Source: Polyangiaceae bacterium (lineage in GTDB: Bacteria; Myxococcota_A; Polyangia; Polyangiales; Polyangiaceae). Taken from it: DNA of 64,000 nt. The notes beneath the pieces were generated by a model. That model made no database searches and was not told where the DNA came from. It saw nothing but the letters and a program-made list of their open reading frames with translations. Position numbers and translations under genes: made by a program. Positions within the stretch are counted from its first letter, which is position 1. Each line of letters starts with the position of its first letter. The stretch lies in contig CBDCTZ010000016.1 of the NCBI GenBank assembly GCA_965222375.1, positions 1,984,001 through 2,048,000 of the forward strand, in the 5' to 3' direction. This document shows, piece after piece, positions 10,501 through 20,297 of this stretch.

Positions 10501-13500
10501 CGAGGAAACACCCGTCGCCGTCGAGAGGGTCTCCGCCGCGAACATGCGGCGGCCCCATTGAAGCGACCCCTTTCGCTTGTCAGCACCCTGTAGCCTTCGG
10601 GTGTCTCCGCCGCGAACATGCGGCGGCCCCATTGAAGCACTCCCACCGGGCTGACGCCGCCGACCATCCAGTCCCGTCTCCGCCGCGAACATGCGGCGGC
10701 CCCATTGAAGCTCGGTTTCATCGGCAGCGGCTCGGCGGCAATGCCCGAGTCTCCGTCGCGAACATGCGGCGGCCCCATTGAAGCCTGGACTTTTTGCCGC
10801 CGAGTGAGCCCAGCGCCCTGTCTCCGCCGCGAACATGCGGCGGCCCCATTGAAGCCAGTCGACTACCAGCGAGTAGCTGAGCGAGTCGCTCGTCTCCGCC
10901 GCGAACATGCGGCGGCCCCATTGAAGCAAAAAACGCGAGGTCGTGACCGAGGCCGTGTTCGACGTCTCCGCCGCGAACATGCGGCGGCCCCATTGAAGCC
11001 AGTCGACTACCAGCGAGTAGCTGAGCGAGTCGCTCGTCTCCGCCGCGAACATGCGGCGGCCCCATTGAAGCAAAAAACGCGAGGTCGTGACCGAGGCCGT
11101 GTTCGACGTCTCCGCCGCGAACATGCGGCGGCCCCATTGAAGCCGCGACATCGGCTTTCCCGTCGAACGGGTTCCGTACGTCTCCGCCGCGAACATGCGG
11201 CGGCCCCATTGAAGCCGGGAGAGCGCGACCGAGGAGATACTGTGATCAAGAGGTCTCCGCCGCGAACATGCGGCGGCCCCATTGAAGCGGGAGACGCCGC
11301 CGTCCTTCCAGAAGGGGTCAAAGGCGTCTCCGCCGCGAACATGCGGCGGCCCCATTGAAGCGTGGCGGTGACCTGTCACTACGATGTGGTCGACTGGCTG
11401 GTCTCCGCCGCGAACATGCGGCGGCCCCATTGAAGCTAGCCGACTTCACTGGCGGCGTCGACGCTGAAACTGATGTCTCCGCCGCGAACATGCGGCGGCC
11501 CCATTGAAGCGACATCGTCGTTGATGGCTTCGCCCACGAACTGGCCCGTCTCCGCCGCGAACATGCGGCGGCCCCATTGAAGCGTCTCGTTCGCGGCCAA
11601 GAACCCGCTGCTAGCCGGCACGTCTCCGCCGCGAACATGCGGCGGCCCCATTGAAGCGGACCCGCTGTCACTGGAGAGCTACGCGCTCCCGCCGTCTCCG
11701 CCGCGAACATGCGGCGGCCCCATTGAAGCGACTTGGTGGAACCGTTGGTGGAGGAGCAGGGGTTGGTCTCCGCCGCGAACATGCGGCGGCCCCATTGAAG
11801 CCCTGAGGGTCCCCATCCGCCCGCACCGAGTACTCTATGTCTCCGCCGCGAACATGCGGCGGCCCCATTGAAGCGAATCGTCAGTTTGTCCTTTCCAGAC
11901 TGAATGACTTGACCAGTCTCCGCCGCGAACATGCGGCGGCCCCATTGAAGCAAGGGTAACATGCTTCACCCTCAATAACCTACGGTGCGTCTCCGCCGCG
12001 AACATGCGGCGGCCCCATTGAAGCACCCCGTTTGGTTTCTGTGACCTGTTGCGTGAGGTGCGTCTCCGCCGCGAACATGCGGCGGCCCCATTGAAGCCCG
12101 CCTCCAAGTTCTCACGCCTGAACGCAACCACCGAGTCTCCGCCGCGAACATGCGGCGGCCCCATTGAAGCTGATTGGTGGGCAGCAAGTCCGTCCACAAG
12201 CCGTCAGGTCTCCGCCGCGAACATGCGGCGGCCCCATTGAAGCCTATTCTTGAGACGCGTCGTCGTCCCAATTGCACGGGTCTCCGCCGCGAACATGCGG
12301 CGGCCCCATTGAAGCTCTGCCTTGTTCTGACCACCGGCCTGCGATTTCACCGGTCTCCGCCGCGAACATGCGGCGGCCCCATTGAAGCTCAACGAAGTAG
12401 CCACGCACCCCGCGCTTGTCCGGGGTCTCCGCCGCGAACATGCGGCGGCCCCATTGAAGCGGACGTCCTACCTTCGCGAACGCGTTGGGAATATCGAAGT
12501 CTCCGCCGCGAACATGCGGCGGCCCCATTGAAGCCAAATCAACCGCCTCGGTAAGCGCTTCGCTCTCAGCGTCTCCGCCGCGAACATGCGGCGGCCCCAT
12601 TGAAGCTGCCGGAGCTGCTCGAGCTCCTGAGCCGTCTCAGACTCGTCTCCGCCGCGAACATGCGGCGGCCCCATTGAAGCGGACGTCCTACCTTCGCGAA
12701 CGCGTTGGGAATATCGAAGTCTCCGCCGCGAACATGCGGCGGCCCCATTGAAGCCAGCTCCTCAACGGTGAGACGACGAATCGGTATTCGTCTCCGCCGC
12801 GAACATGCGGCGGCCCCATTGAAGCAACAAGGCAATCGAGCGTCAACGGTACGACGCATCTGGTCTCCGCCGCGAACATGCGGCGGCCCCATTGAAGCAC
12901 CCCGTTTGGTTTCTGTGACCTGTTGCGTGAGGTGCGTCTCCGCCGCGAACATGCGGCGGCCCCATTGAAGCAGCCGCGCTTCTTCGGCCTCCCGTTCCGC
13001 CCGGAGGTCTCCGCCGCGAACATGCGGCGGCCCCATTGAAGCGCGCAGTCCTATCCCCTCGATCTGGCGCACTCGCTCGTCTCCGCCGCGAACATGCGGC
13101 GGCCCCATTGAAGCAACTTGCCGTCCAGCGAGGTTTGATCCAACCGCAGGGTCTCCGCCGCGAACATGCGGCGGCCCCATTGAAGCCCGCATCGGACTGC
13201 GCTGGCAGCCGTTGGCTACACCGTCTCCGCCGCGAACATGCGGCGGCCCCATTGAAGCTCCGTGAAGACGGATGTACGCACCTACGCCAGCATTCAGGTC
13301 TCCGCCGCGAACATGCGGCGGCCCCATTGAAGCGAAGCCGGTGGTGTGTTCCGTGCTCGTGACCTTCACGTCTCCGCCGCGAACATGCGGCGGCCCCATT
13401 GAAGCTTGGGTCTACCCGTTCACTGTAAAGCGTTCGCATATGTCTCCGCCGCGAACATGCGGCGGCCCCATTGAAGCGGGAATTCTTGCGGCGGTCCTTG

Positions 13501-13766
13501 GTGCCCCACTCTCGTCTCCGCCGCGAACATGCGGCGGCCCCATTGAAGCCGCACTCTGGCCTCTGCCCGCTTTCTTGCTACGTCTAGTCTCCGCCGCGAA
13601 CATGCGGCGGCCCCATTGAAGCCGCACAATCGGACGCACGTTTTACGACTTGGGGCTGTCTCCGCCGCGAACATGCGGCGGCCCCATTGAAGCGCGCACA
13701 GCTTGCATCAGCCCAGACCCCGTTTTCCTGGTCTCCGCCGCGAACATGCGGCGGCCCCATTGAAGC
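4562..13766 (+). CRISPR. CRISPR array, 127 repeats / 126 spacers (hand count), 36-bp repeat GTCTCCGCCGCGAACATGCGGCGGCCCCATTGAAG[G/C]
   Basis: Repeat recurs about every 72-73 bp with unique ~34-41-bp spacers; internal hairpin CCGCCGC/GCGGCGG; the 3' ATTGAAG(C) end and the leader side set the + orientation. Confidence 0.99.
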
Positions 13767-13867
13767 TAACCCATGGGTAACCCATGCAAGGTCAGTCAGT
13801 ACTGCGTTCGTCGGCGATGGACTCTGCACACTTCGGTGGCCCTGTACAGGCCGCGAGCGCGGCGGTG

Positions 13868-14620
13868 TCAGCTTCTGGGTGGGGGCCGATGCCGTGAGGA
13901 GGTCTCGCCGGCATCGACGTCCAACTCCAGCACGACTGGTCCGTGGTCACTCAGGCGACGAACGAACTCGTTGTCCACAACCTCGCAGGAGGTGGCTCGC
14001 GGGATCCATGTTTTGGACAAGAAGAAGTGGTCGTCTTGGTACTGCTCCTTGGTTTGGTGCCCCCAGAAGCTCTGGGTCTCCCGACCATGGATGCCGAAGT
14101 GAACGTCGTGGAGGCCGCCGGCCTCCATGGCGGCGAAAAAGCCCCTGTGTTTCTTGCCGCCGTACACCTCATCGAAGCGCCGGGCGGAGTTGAAATCGCC
14201 GCCGAGGAGCACGGGTAGGTCGCCGTACGTGGTGCTCGCCAACTCGGTGAGCTTCGCGAGGTCGCGGTGGAGGTTTTCCTTGGGATAGACATGAGCCGCA
14301 ACGACAATGAGGCGGCCAGCCGGCGTCGTGACCTTGACAGGAACAGCGTAGGTTTGATCGCTCAAAAGCAAGCTTGCAGCCGGTGCGACCTTCCAATGTC
14401 GGACGAGCACCGCTGTTCCTGCTTCGACCGTGTCGTTGGCTCGGTCGCAGAGCGTGACCGCGTAGGCCGCTTGGGCTCTCGTGACTTCGGTGACCAGCGC
14501 CTCCTGGACGAGGGCGACATCGGGTTCAAGCTCGTTGCGAAGGTATTCCCAGGCTTCGCCATGGCTGTGTCGGTAGCGCGACCGGGGTCCGCAGCCCATG
14601 TTCCATGTTACGACGCGCAT
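13868..14620 (-). CDS. Endonuclease/exonuclease/phosphatase (EEP) family protein
   Basis: MRVVTWNM, PDVALVQE, LLGGDFNS, QDDHFF, LSDHGPV motifs. Confidence 0.88.
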   Translation of the reverse strand: MRVVTWNMGCGPRSRYRHSHGEAWEYLRNELEPDVALVQEALVTEVTRAQAAYAVTLCDRANDTVEAGTAVLVRHWKVAPAASLLLSDQTYAVPVKVTTPAGRLIVVAAHVYPKENLHRDLAKLTELASTTYGDLPVLLGGDFNSARRFDEVYGGKKHRGFFAAMEAGGLHDVHFGIHGRETQSFWGHQTKEQYQDDHFFLSKTWIPRATSCEVVDNEFVRRLSDHGPVVLELDVDAGETSSRHRPPPRS

Positions 14621-14777
14621 TCTGGCAGCCACACTACCACTGCATGGTGTGCGGGACAATCGGCCGTCTCGGGGCTACGAGTGACCAGAATGCGCAACGT
14701 CTCCGGTGGTTCTCACGCGACCGCTGGTGACTCGCCGTCATCAGCTCATCACCAGGCGGCGTACCGCGGGCGAATGT

Positions 14778-14834
14778 TCTAGAGTAGTGCCCCAGCGACG
14801 GAAAGGGCCGCGACCCCTAACCAAAAGCAAGATC
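14778..14834. repeat. ~56-bp dispersed repeat, copy 1
   Basis: tctagagtagtgccccagcgacggaaagggccgcgacccctaaccaaa...gatc; similar copy at 17241-17296. Confidence 0.75.
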
Positions 14835-15186
14835 GAACTTCAGGCGTCATACGCGCGTCGTCCCGGGGCGAGACCGCAGTTGAGCGCTGGTGCGAACGGG
14901 TAGTTGCCGGAGGTGCAGCTTGCTGGCGTCGCGCGCGTCCCACAGGTGGCGTTTGCGAACAACGTCGCTGCGATTCGCAGCGTCTCATCCGGTCGAACGC
15001 CGATGTTCCAGGCCTCTGAATAGAACGACTGGCCGGGGGTAGCTGCAGATCTGAAAACGCTGTAGTCGTGGCGTCACACGGCCGCGCTGTGCGCCGGGCC
15101 CACCCCGCAGGGCTTTTAAAGGGAGCGGCTGCTCCGGCCCCGGTACCTTCCGCAAACACGAGTTTCAACCTATTCTTGGCAAGATC

Positions 15187-15594
15187 ATGAAACCGGACGC
15201 AACGATCCGCGTGCTTCTGTTGGGGAACGACGCGCGCAGACGTGACGCCGAATGCCAGGCGCTGTCAGGGCCTACCTTTGAACCCGAACCAGTAGAGTTC
15301 GCCACACATGCGGTGAGCCGCGCCTTGGAGAAGCACTACGACGCGATCGTGGTCGATTCCGCGCGCACTGCCGACGACGGCCAAAGCGACGGCCTGGCCG
15401 TGTGCGAGCTCTTGCAGGTGGTCGCACCCCATTCCGTGCTCATCATTCTCCAAGAGCAGGAGGCTCAGTACTCCGAAGAGCTGGGCGGGGGAAAGGTTCA
15501 TCTCCTTCTTGGACGGTGTGACCGAGATCTAGCGCCCTACGTGCGCAGCCGCGTGCTTGAACGTCGCCGAATGGCTGCGCGCGCGCAAAGCTAG
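15187..15594 (+). CDS. Atypical receiver (response-regulator-like) domain protein
   Basis: IRVLLLGND...YDAIVVD...DGLAVCELLQ pattern of a CheY-like fold; acidic pocket and conserved Thr/Lys not evident. Confidence 0.55.
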   Translation: MKPDATIRVLLLGNDARRRDAECQALSGPTFEPEPVEFATHAVSRALEKHYDAIVVDSARTADDGQSDGLAVCELLQVVAPHSVLIILQEQEAQYSEELGGGKVHLLLGRCDRDLAPYVRSRVLERRRMAARAQS

Positions 15595-15912
15595 AGAAGC
15601 ATGTCCGACGCCCAAGGTGGCTGCCCGGTAGACTTCGGCAGGTGGAGACACGAGTCCAAGCAGGTAGCGTCCCTCAGGCGACAGATGCTTGTAAGAGGCA
15701 CTTGCGGTTTCAGTTTCAGTGGATTGGGAATCGCATGGGCATCCGGAACGTGCAACTGAGACTGCTCCTGTGCATCGCAGCCGGCGTGGCTCGTTGCGCT
15801 CAAGTGAGGAACTTGGATTCAGCGGGAGTGGCGCACTGCTCTTCCAGCTTGTGATGGGCTGCCGGGCTGTGCGAGCTGCGCGCCGCAGGCGAATGCTCTG
15901 GAGGTTCCCGAT

Positions 15913-17091
15913 CTAGTCTTCGATCCAGCGTTCCGCCGCGCCCCAGAATTCACCAGGGCTGCACGCGGTCACGCCGCGAGGCAGTGGAAACGAATCGCCT
16001 ACCGGTGCGACGACGAAGGCTGCGTCTACCTCCAGCGCCTCGCACAGTCCGTGGAACCCACGGCTGACTTTCGGTGCCGAGTTGGCCTTGCACTCCACGA
16101 CAATGCGCCGACCGGCTCGTTCGAGGATCAAGTCAATTTCTGCGCCGTGCGTGGTGCGAATGAACGACGCTTGCCAGCGTGCGCTCGTTGGCTTCGAGAG
16201 GATGTTCTCGAGCGCATACGTTTCCCAGGACGCACCGTACACTGGATGCCCTAGAAGCGCATCCTTGGTGTCGAGCCCCAGCAGTGTGTGCAGCAGCCCC
16301 GTGTCTCGAATGTAGACCTTGGGGGCTTTGACCAGGCGCTTCTTCAGATTCGCATGGTATGCCGGCAGTGAGCGAACGAGGAACGTCTGCTCGAGGATGT
16401 CGATGTATCGGCGAACCGTGTGCGCGCTGACGCCCAGAGAGCCGGCAAGCTTGGCGCTATTGAGCGTCGAGCCCTGGCTGTGGGCGAGCATTGTCCACAG
16501 TCGGCGCATCGACTCTGCTGGAATTGCGAAACCGAGCTGCGGCACGTCGCGTTCCAAGAACGTTTTCACATAGTCCTCGCGCCATTGGACGCTAGCTGCC
16601 TCCGATGGTGCGAGGATGCTGCGGGGGTACCCACCGCGAACCCAATGCAGCGAGCGTGCGGGCTCCGTGAGTTCCCGTACGGAAAAGGGCCCGATTTCGA
16701 GGTACGAGATCCGGCCAGCAAGTGTCTCTGCGCTTTGCTGGATCAGATCTCGCGATGCGGAACCTAGTATCAAGAACTGGCCGAACCGGTCGCCGCGATC
16801 AATTGCGACGCGCAGCGCGGTGAACAGTTCCGGCATGCGTTGGATTTCATCTAAGCAGGTGAGCGTCGTATGATCGAGCGACGCGAAATATGCAGCCGGA
16901 TCGGACAGTCGTGCCCGGTCGGGAGCGCTCTCCAAGTCGAGGAACACGACCTTGCCGGGGTGCTCTCGCGCCAGTGCGCGAGCCAGCGTGGACTTGCCCA
17001 CTTGCCTGGCACCGAGCAGCGCAACTGACGGGCTCGTGGCAAGGCGCGAGCGGACCACGTTGCCGACCTCGCGAGGAATGTAACCGTGCAT
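15913..17091 (-). CDS. AAA+ ATPase (AAA_14 + DUF4143 type)
   Basis: Walker A GARQVGKST, Walker B CLDEIQ, LILGSAS, ETLAGRI, RGGYP, KRLVKAPKVYIRDTGL, EIDLILE...VECK. Confidence 0.9.
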   Translation of the reverse strand: MHGYIPREVGNVVRSRLATSPSVALLGARQVGKSTLARALAREHPGKVVFLDLESAPDRARLSDPAAYFASLDHTTLTCLDEIQRMPELFTALRVAIDRGDRFGQFLILGSASRDLIQQSAETLAGRISYLEIGPFSVRELTEPARSLHWVRGGYPRSILAPSEAASVQWREDYVKTFLERDVPQLGFAIPAESMRRLWTMLAHSQGSTLNSAKLAGSLGVSAHTVRRYIDILEQTFLVRSLPAYHANLKKRLVKAPKVYIRDTGLLHTLLGLDTKDALLGHPVYGASWETYALENILSKPTSARWQASFIRTTHGAEIDLILERAGRRIVVECKANSAPKVSRGFHGLCEALEVDAAFVVAPVGDSFPLPRGVTACSPGEFWGAAERWIED

Positions 17092-17240
17092 TTAGGAAGC
17101 ACGATATCCCATTTTCACGGTTCAAAACAGCGTGTTGTCCGCGAGGGCTCGAACAGCGACTGAAGCCGAAGGCGCCCCGCAGTTCCGCCATCTTGTGATG
17201 GGCCGTCTGGCCGTGCGAGCAGCGTCCCGCTGGCGAACGC

Positions 17241-17296
17241 TCTAGAGTAGTGGCCCAGCGACGGCCAGGGGCCGCGACCCCAAACCAAACTCGATC
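17241..17296. repeat. ~56-bp dispersed repeat, copy 2
   Basis: tctagagtagtggcccagcgacggccaggggccgcgaccccaaaccaaa...gatc; same orientation as 14778-14834. Confidence 0.75.
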
Positions 17297-18419
17297 ATCC
17301 ACAAGCGTCTTGCGCGCTTGTCGTGGACGCATTGCCGGAATCCAAGAGCCGCGCGGGCAAGAGTGGGGCTGCCCAAGCTGGGGTTTCGCCAGTCGCGTGT
17401 TGTGCGGCCAGCTCTCCCAGCGCGGGACCGACGCTCATGCCGAAGCCGCCTAGCCCCGCGACCCAGATTAGGCCGGCGGCCCGGGGATCTGGGCCGACCA
17501 CCAGGCTGCGGTCGGAGGCGAACGTCCGTAGACAGGCCCAGCTGGTGCGCACGCGGGCTTCGGCCAGAGCGGGCGCCAGTGCTGCCAATCGCGAAGCAAG
17601 AAGCTCCAGGGCCGCCGGATCTCGAGGCGGAAGCTCGGCGCGCCAGGGAGTTTCGTCGCAAGGGCTGGCGAGTACGGCTCCCGACTCGGGACGAAAGTAG
17701 GTTTCCAGTTCTACGTCCCAGACCGTGGGCTGCTGGGCGGGGACGATGCTCGCACTCTCCAGCACCGCAAGGTGCCGGCGAATTGGGGTCAACGGTAGCG
17801 TGAGCCCGGCCTGCCTTCCCAAGTCGCGAGCCCAAGCACCGGCGGCAACTATCACCGCATCAGCGCAGAGGCGCTCGCCCGCGAGACTGACACCGACGAC
17901 CCGGTTGTCTTCGCGCAGCAGCTCCAGTGCGGGGGTGCTGAGGCGCAGGACGCCGCCGTCCGCCTTGATGCCGCGTTCGAGCTTGGTCGCGATGGCATGC
18001 GGGTCCACGACTCCAGCTGTCGGCACGAACAACCCATGGCGCGCGCGCCCACCGGCCAGCTGTGGGGCGTGCTCGTGAATGCCCGAAGCGGAGAGGGGCT
18101 GCGTGGCGACACCGTCCCGCGCGGCCACGCTGCGGAGTCTATCGAGGGAGGAGCTCTCGGCGGCTACGAGCAAGAGACCGCGTGGTTCGAGCCAGGGTTC
18201 GGACTCGAAGAGGGCGTTCAACAGCGCGTTGCTCTCGGAGGCCAGTCTGGCAATGCAGGGGGACGTTTCCAGAGGCCGAAAGATCGCGGCGTTGCGACCC
18301 GAGCTATGGGAAAAGCTCTGCGCTTCCTGCTCGACGATGATCGCGGCCACACCGCGGCGCGCGAGGGCCCAGGCCGTCGCGAGGCCTGCGATGCCTGCCC
18401 CGACTACGATTGCGCGCAT
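17295..18419 (-). CDS. FAD-dependent oxidoreductase (DAO/glycine oxidase-like)
   Basis: N-terminal GAGIAG Rossmann motif, SSGRNAA, VAAGAW, WACLR, AGLGGFG. Confidence 0.88.
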   Translation of the reverse strand: MRAIVVGAGIAGLATAWALARRGVAAIIVEQEAQSFSHSSGRNAAIFRPLETSPCIARLASESNALLNALFESEPWLEPRGLLLVAAESSSLDRLRSVAARDGVATQPLSASGIHEHAPQLAGGRARHGLFVPTAGVVDPHAIATKLERGIKADGGVLRLSTPALELLREDNRVVGVSLAGERLCADAVIVAAGAWARDLGRQAGLTLPLTPIRRHLAVLESASIVPAQQPTVWDVELETYFRPESGAVLASPCDETPWRAELPPRDPAALELLASRLAALAPALAEARVRTSWACLRTFASDRSLVVGPDPRAAGLIWVAGLGGFGMSVGPALGELAAQHATGETPAWAAPLLPARLLDSGNASTTSAQDACG

Positions 18420-18577
18420 TGCCCGAGGGAGCCTAGGAGCCGAGCACGAGGCCGACCAGAGCGAGGACTTGGTTTCGACAAAAGCGCAATAACTTCAGCT
18501 GGTTGTCCTTTTGCGCTTGCCGCCGAGCAACGTTAGCACAAGCTTTCCGGCGCCTCGGCCCCGGCGCGAAGAGCGTG

Positions 18578-19675
18578 ATGTCCTCGAACCCAACTGCCCC
18601 TCGTGGCGTGATCGCGTGGCTCTGGATCACGTGCGCGCTTCTACTGGCGATGATCGTCGTCGGCGGTGTCACGCGCCTTACCGGCTCAGGGCTTTCGATC
18701 GTGCGCTGGGAGCCCATCATTGGCGCGTTGCCGCCGATGAGCGGCGCGGACTGGGAGCGGGTCTTCGCGTTGTATCGGGAAAGCCCGCAGTACTTGCTGG
18801 TCAATCAGGGCATGGACCTGGAGGGCTTCAAGAGCATCTTCTGGTGGGAGTACTTTCACCGCCTGCTCGGACGTAGCATCGGCCTCGTCGTGGGCGTGCC
18901 GCTGCTTGCGTTCTGGCTCACGGGGCGCATCGATCGTCGCCGCGCGCTGACCCTGCTCGGGATCTTCGCTCTGGGTGGGCTGCAGGGCTTTGTCGGCTGG
19001 CTGATGGTGAAAAGCGGTCTGATCAACCTACCTCAGGTCAGTCACTACAAGCTCACCTTGCACTTGGGAATCGGGTTCCTGATCTTCGCCCTGGTCGTGT
19101 GGCAGACCCTCTCGGTGACATTTGGCGCTTCTCGCGCGCGCTACGTTGGCCAGCTGGACCCAACGCTCCGCAGATGGTGTGTGGCTTTTCTGGGACTCGT
19201 CAGCGTGACGGTGCTCTATGGCGGACTTGTCGCAGGGCTCAGAGCCGGCCACGCGTTTCCCACGTTCCCCCGGATGGCGGGCCATTGGGTGCCACCGGGC
19301 CTGCTGGCCGCCGAGCCCCTGTGGCGTAACTTCTTGGACAGCGCTATCACGGTGCACTTCGTCCATCGCGTGCTCGCCCTGCTCGTCACCGTGGCAGCAG
19401 TGGCGATCGCTGCCCGGGCTTGGCGCGCACCGCAGGAGTTTGGCTTGCGTCGCGCCGCGGCGATTGTCGTGGTCGTGGTCGGCGCGCAGGTGGCGCTCGG
19501 AATCGCGACGGTCTTGCTCAGCGTCCCGGTGTGGGCTGGGGCGCTGCATCAGGTCAACGGCGCGCTACTCGTTGCCGCGACCCTCAACTTGATGCACGTG
19601 CTCGCGGCCCGCTTGCCTCAGGCGACGCCGCGAGTATCTCCAGCTGCTGTGACCGAAGCGGGCGAACCCGCCTAG
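18578..19675 (+). CDS. ctaA: Heme A synthase (COX15/CtaA, type 2)
   Basis: VGGVTRLTGSGLSI, WWEYFHRLLGR, QGFVGWLMVKSGL, HFVHR, HQ; multiple TM segments. Confidence 0.92.
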   Translation: MSSNPTAPRGVIAWLWITCALLLAMIVVGGVTRLTGSGLSIVRWEPIIGALPPMSGADWERVFALYRESPQYLLVNQGMDLEGFKSIFWWEYFHRLLGRSIGLVVGVPLLAFWLTGRIDRRRALTLLGIFALGGLQGFVGWLMVKSGLINLPQVSHYKLTLHLGIGFLIFALVVWQTLSVTFGASRARYVGQLDPTLRRWCVAFLGLVSVTVLYGGLVAGLRAGHAFPTFPRMAGHWVPPGLLAAEPLWRNFLDSAITVHFVHRVLALLVTVAAVAIAARAWRAPQEFGLRRAAAIVVVVVGAQVALGIATVLLSVPVWAGALHQVNGALLVAATLNLMHVLAARLPQATPRVSPAAVTEAGEPA

Positions 19676-19944
19676 GTCGTTTCTAGAGCGGCTTGATCTT
19701 CGCATCGGCCGTTCTGCAGCCCCTTCCCGTATTCGGGTACTTGGTCCCTGCGCTCGCGTGGTTGGGCCAGCTTCCGCCAACGCGCGCGGTGCAATTCAAG
19801 TCAGCGAAGCGTGGGGCATGTCCGTCGTGGTGCTCAGCTGACCTCGCAAGGCTCGCAGCCAGGATCTGGGCCATGTCGCCGGTTTGGGATCTGATTCGGG
19901 GCCTGCCACGCCTGGCGGTGGCGGCTGCCCTCACCCTGGCGAAG

Positions 19945-20286
19945 GTCAAGTCCTCGACGGCACCGATCTGGCCCCAGGGGTTTGCGCCGATGGCGGCTAG
20001 CGCTGTGCAAGCGTCTGTGCTGGCGCACGCGGGCGCGAGGCCAGCGGATCGCGATGCGACTGACCAGCGCAACATCGACTCCGTGACGAAGAAGAGCGGC
20101 GACATTTACAATTGCCTCCAGACATGCGTAGCGCCGAAGAACAAGCAGGTGCCGGGTGGATGGCCCACGCTGGCCGTCAACACCAAGACGTTTGCCGTAG
20201 TTGCCAACCCGAACGGTGACGACGATCACGATGGCTACTCGAATCTCGAGGAGCAACTTCACGCCTATGCGGCCAACGTCGAGTAG
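19945..20286 (+). pseudogene. 3' remnant of a pectate-lyase-like secreted protein
   Basis: AGARPADRDATDQRNIDSV...GGWPTL...DDDHDGYSNLEEQL resembles the C-terminal tail of such proteins; no catalytic beta-helix or signal peptide upstream. Left boundary approximate. Confidence 0.5.
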
Positions 20287-20297
20287 GCGTGTGAGGG

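Noticed and set aside
4598..13730. Self-targeting spacers against genes in this window
   Set aside because: None noticed by eye; needs BLASTN, so no claim is made.
4495..13829. Long ORFs (up to 790 aa) across the array with MGPPHVRGGD / LQWGRRMFAAET repeats
   Set aside because: Translations of the stop-free CRISPR repeat, not genes or repeat-precursor peptides.
13767..13852. Possible extra spacer and degenerate terminal repeat (cggtggccctgtacaggc), plus the taacccatgggtaacccatg palindrome
   Set aside because: Similarity to the repeat is partial and the spacing is off; not counted in the array.
14779..15168. 129-aa minus-strand ORF and small ORFs at 15591-15916
   Set aside because: No recognisable motifs and atypical composition; treated as intergenic.
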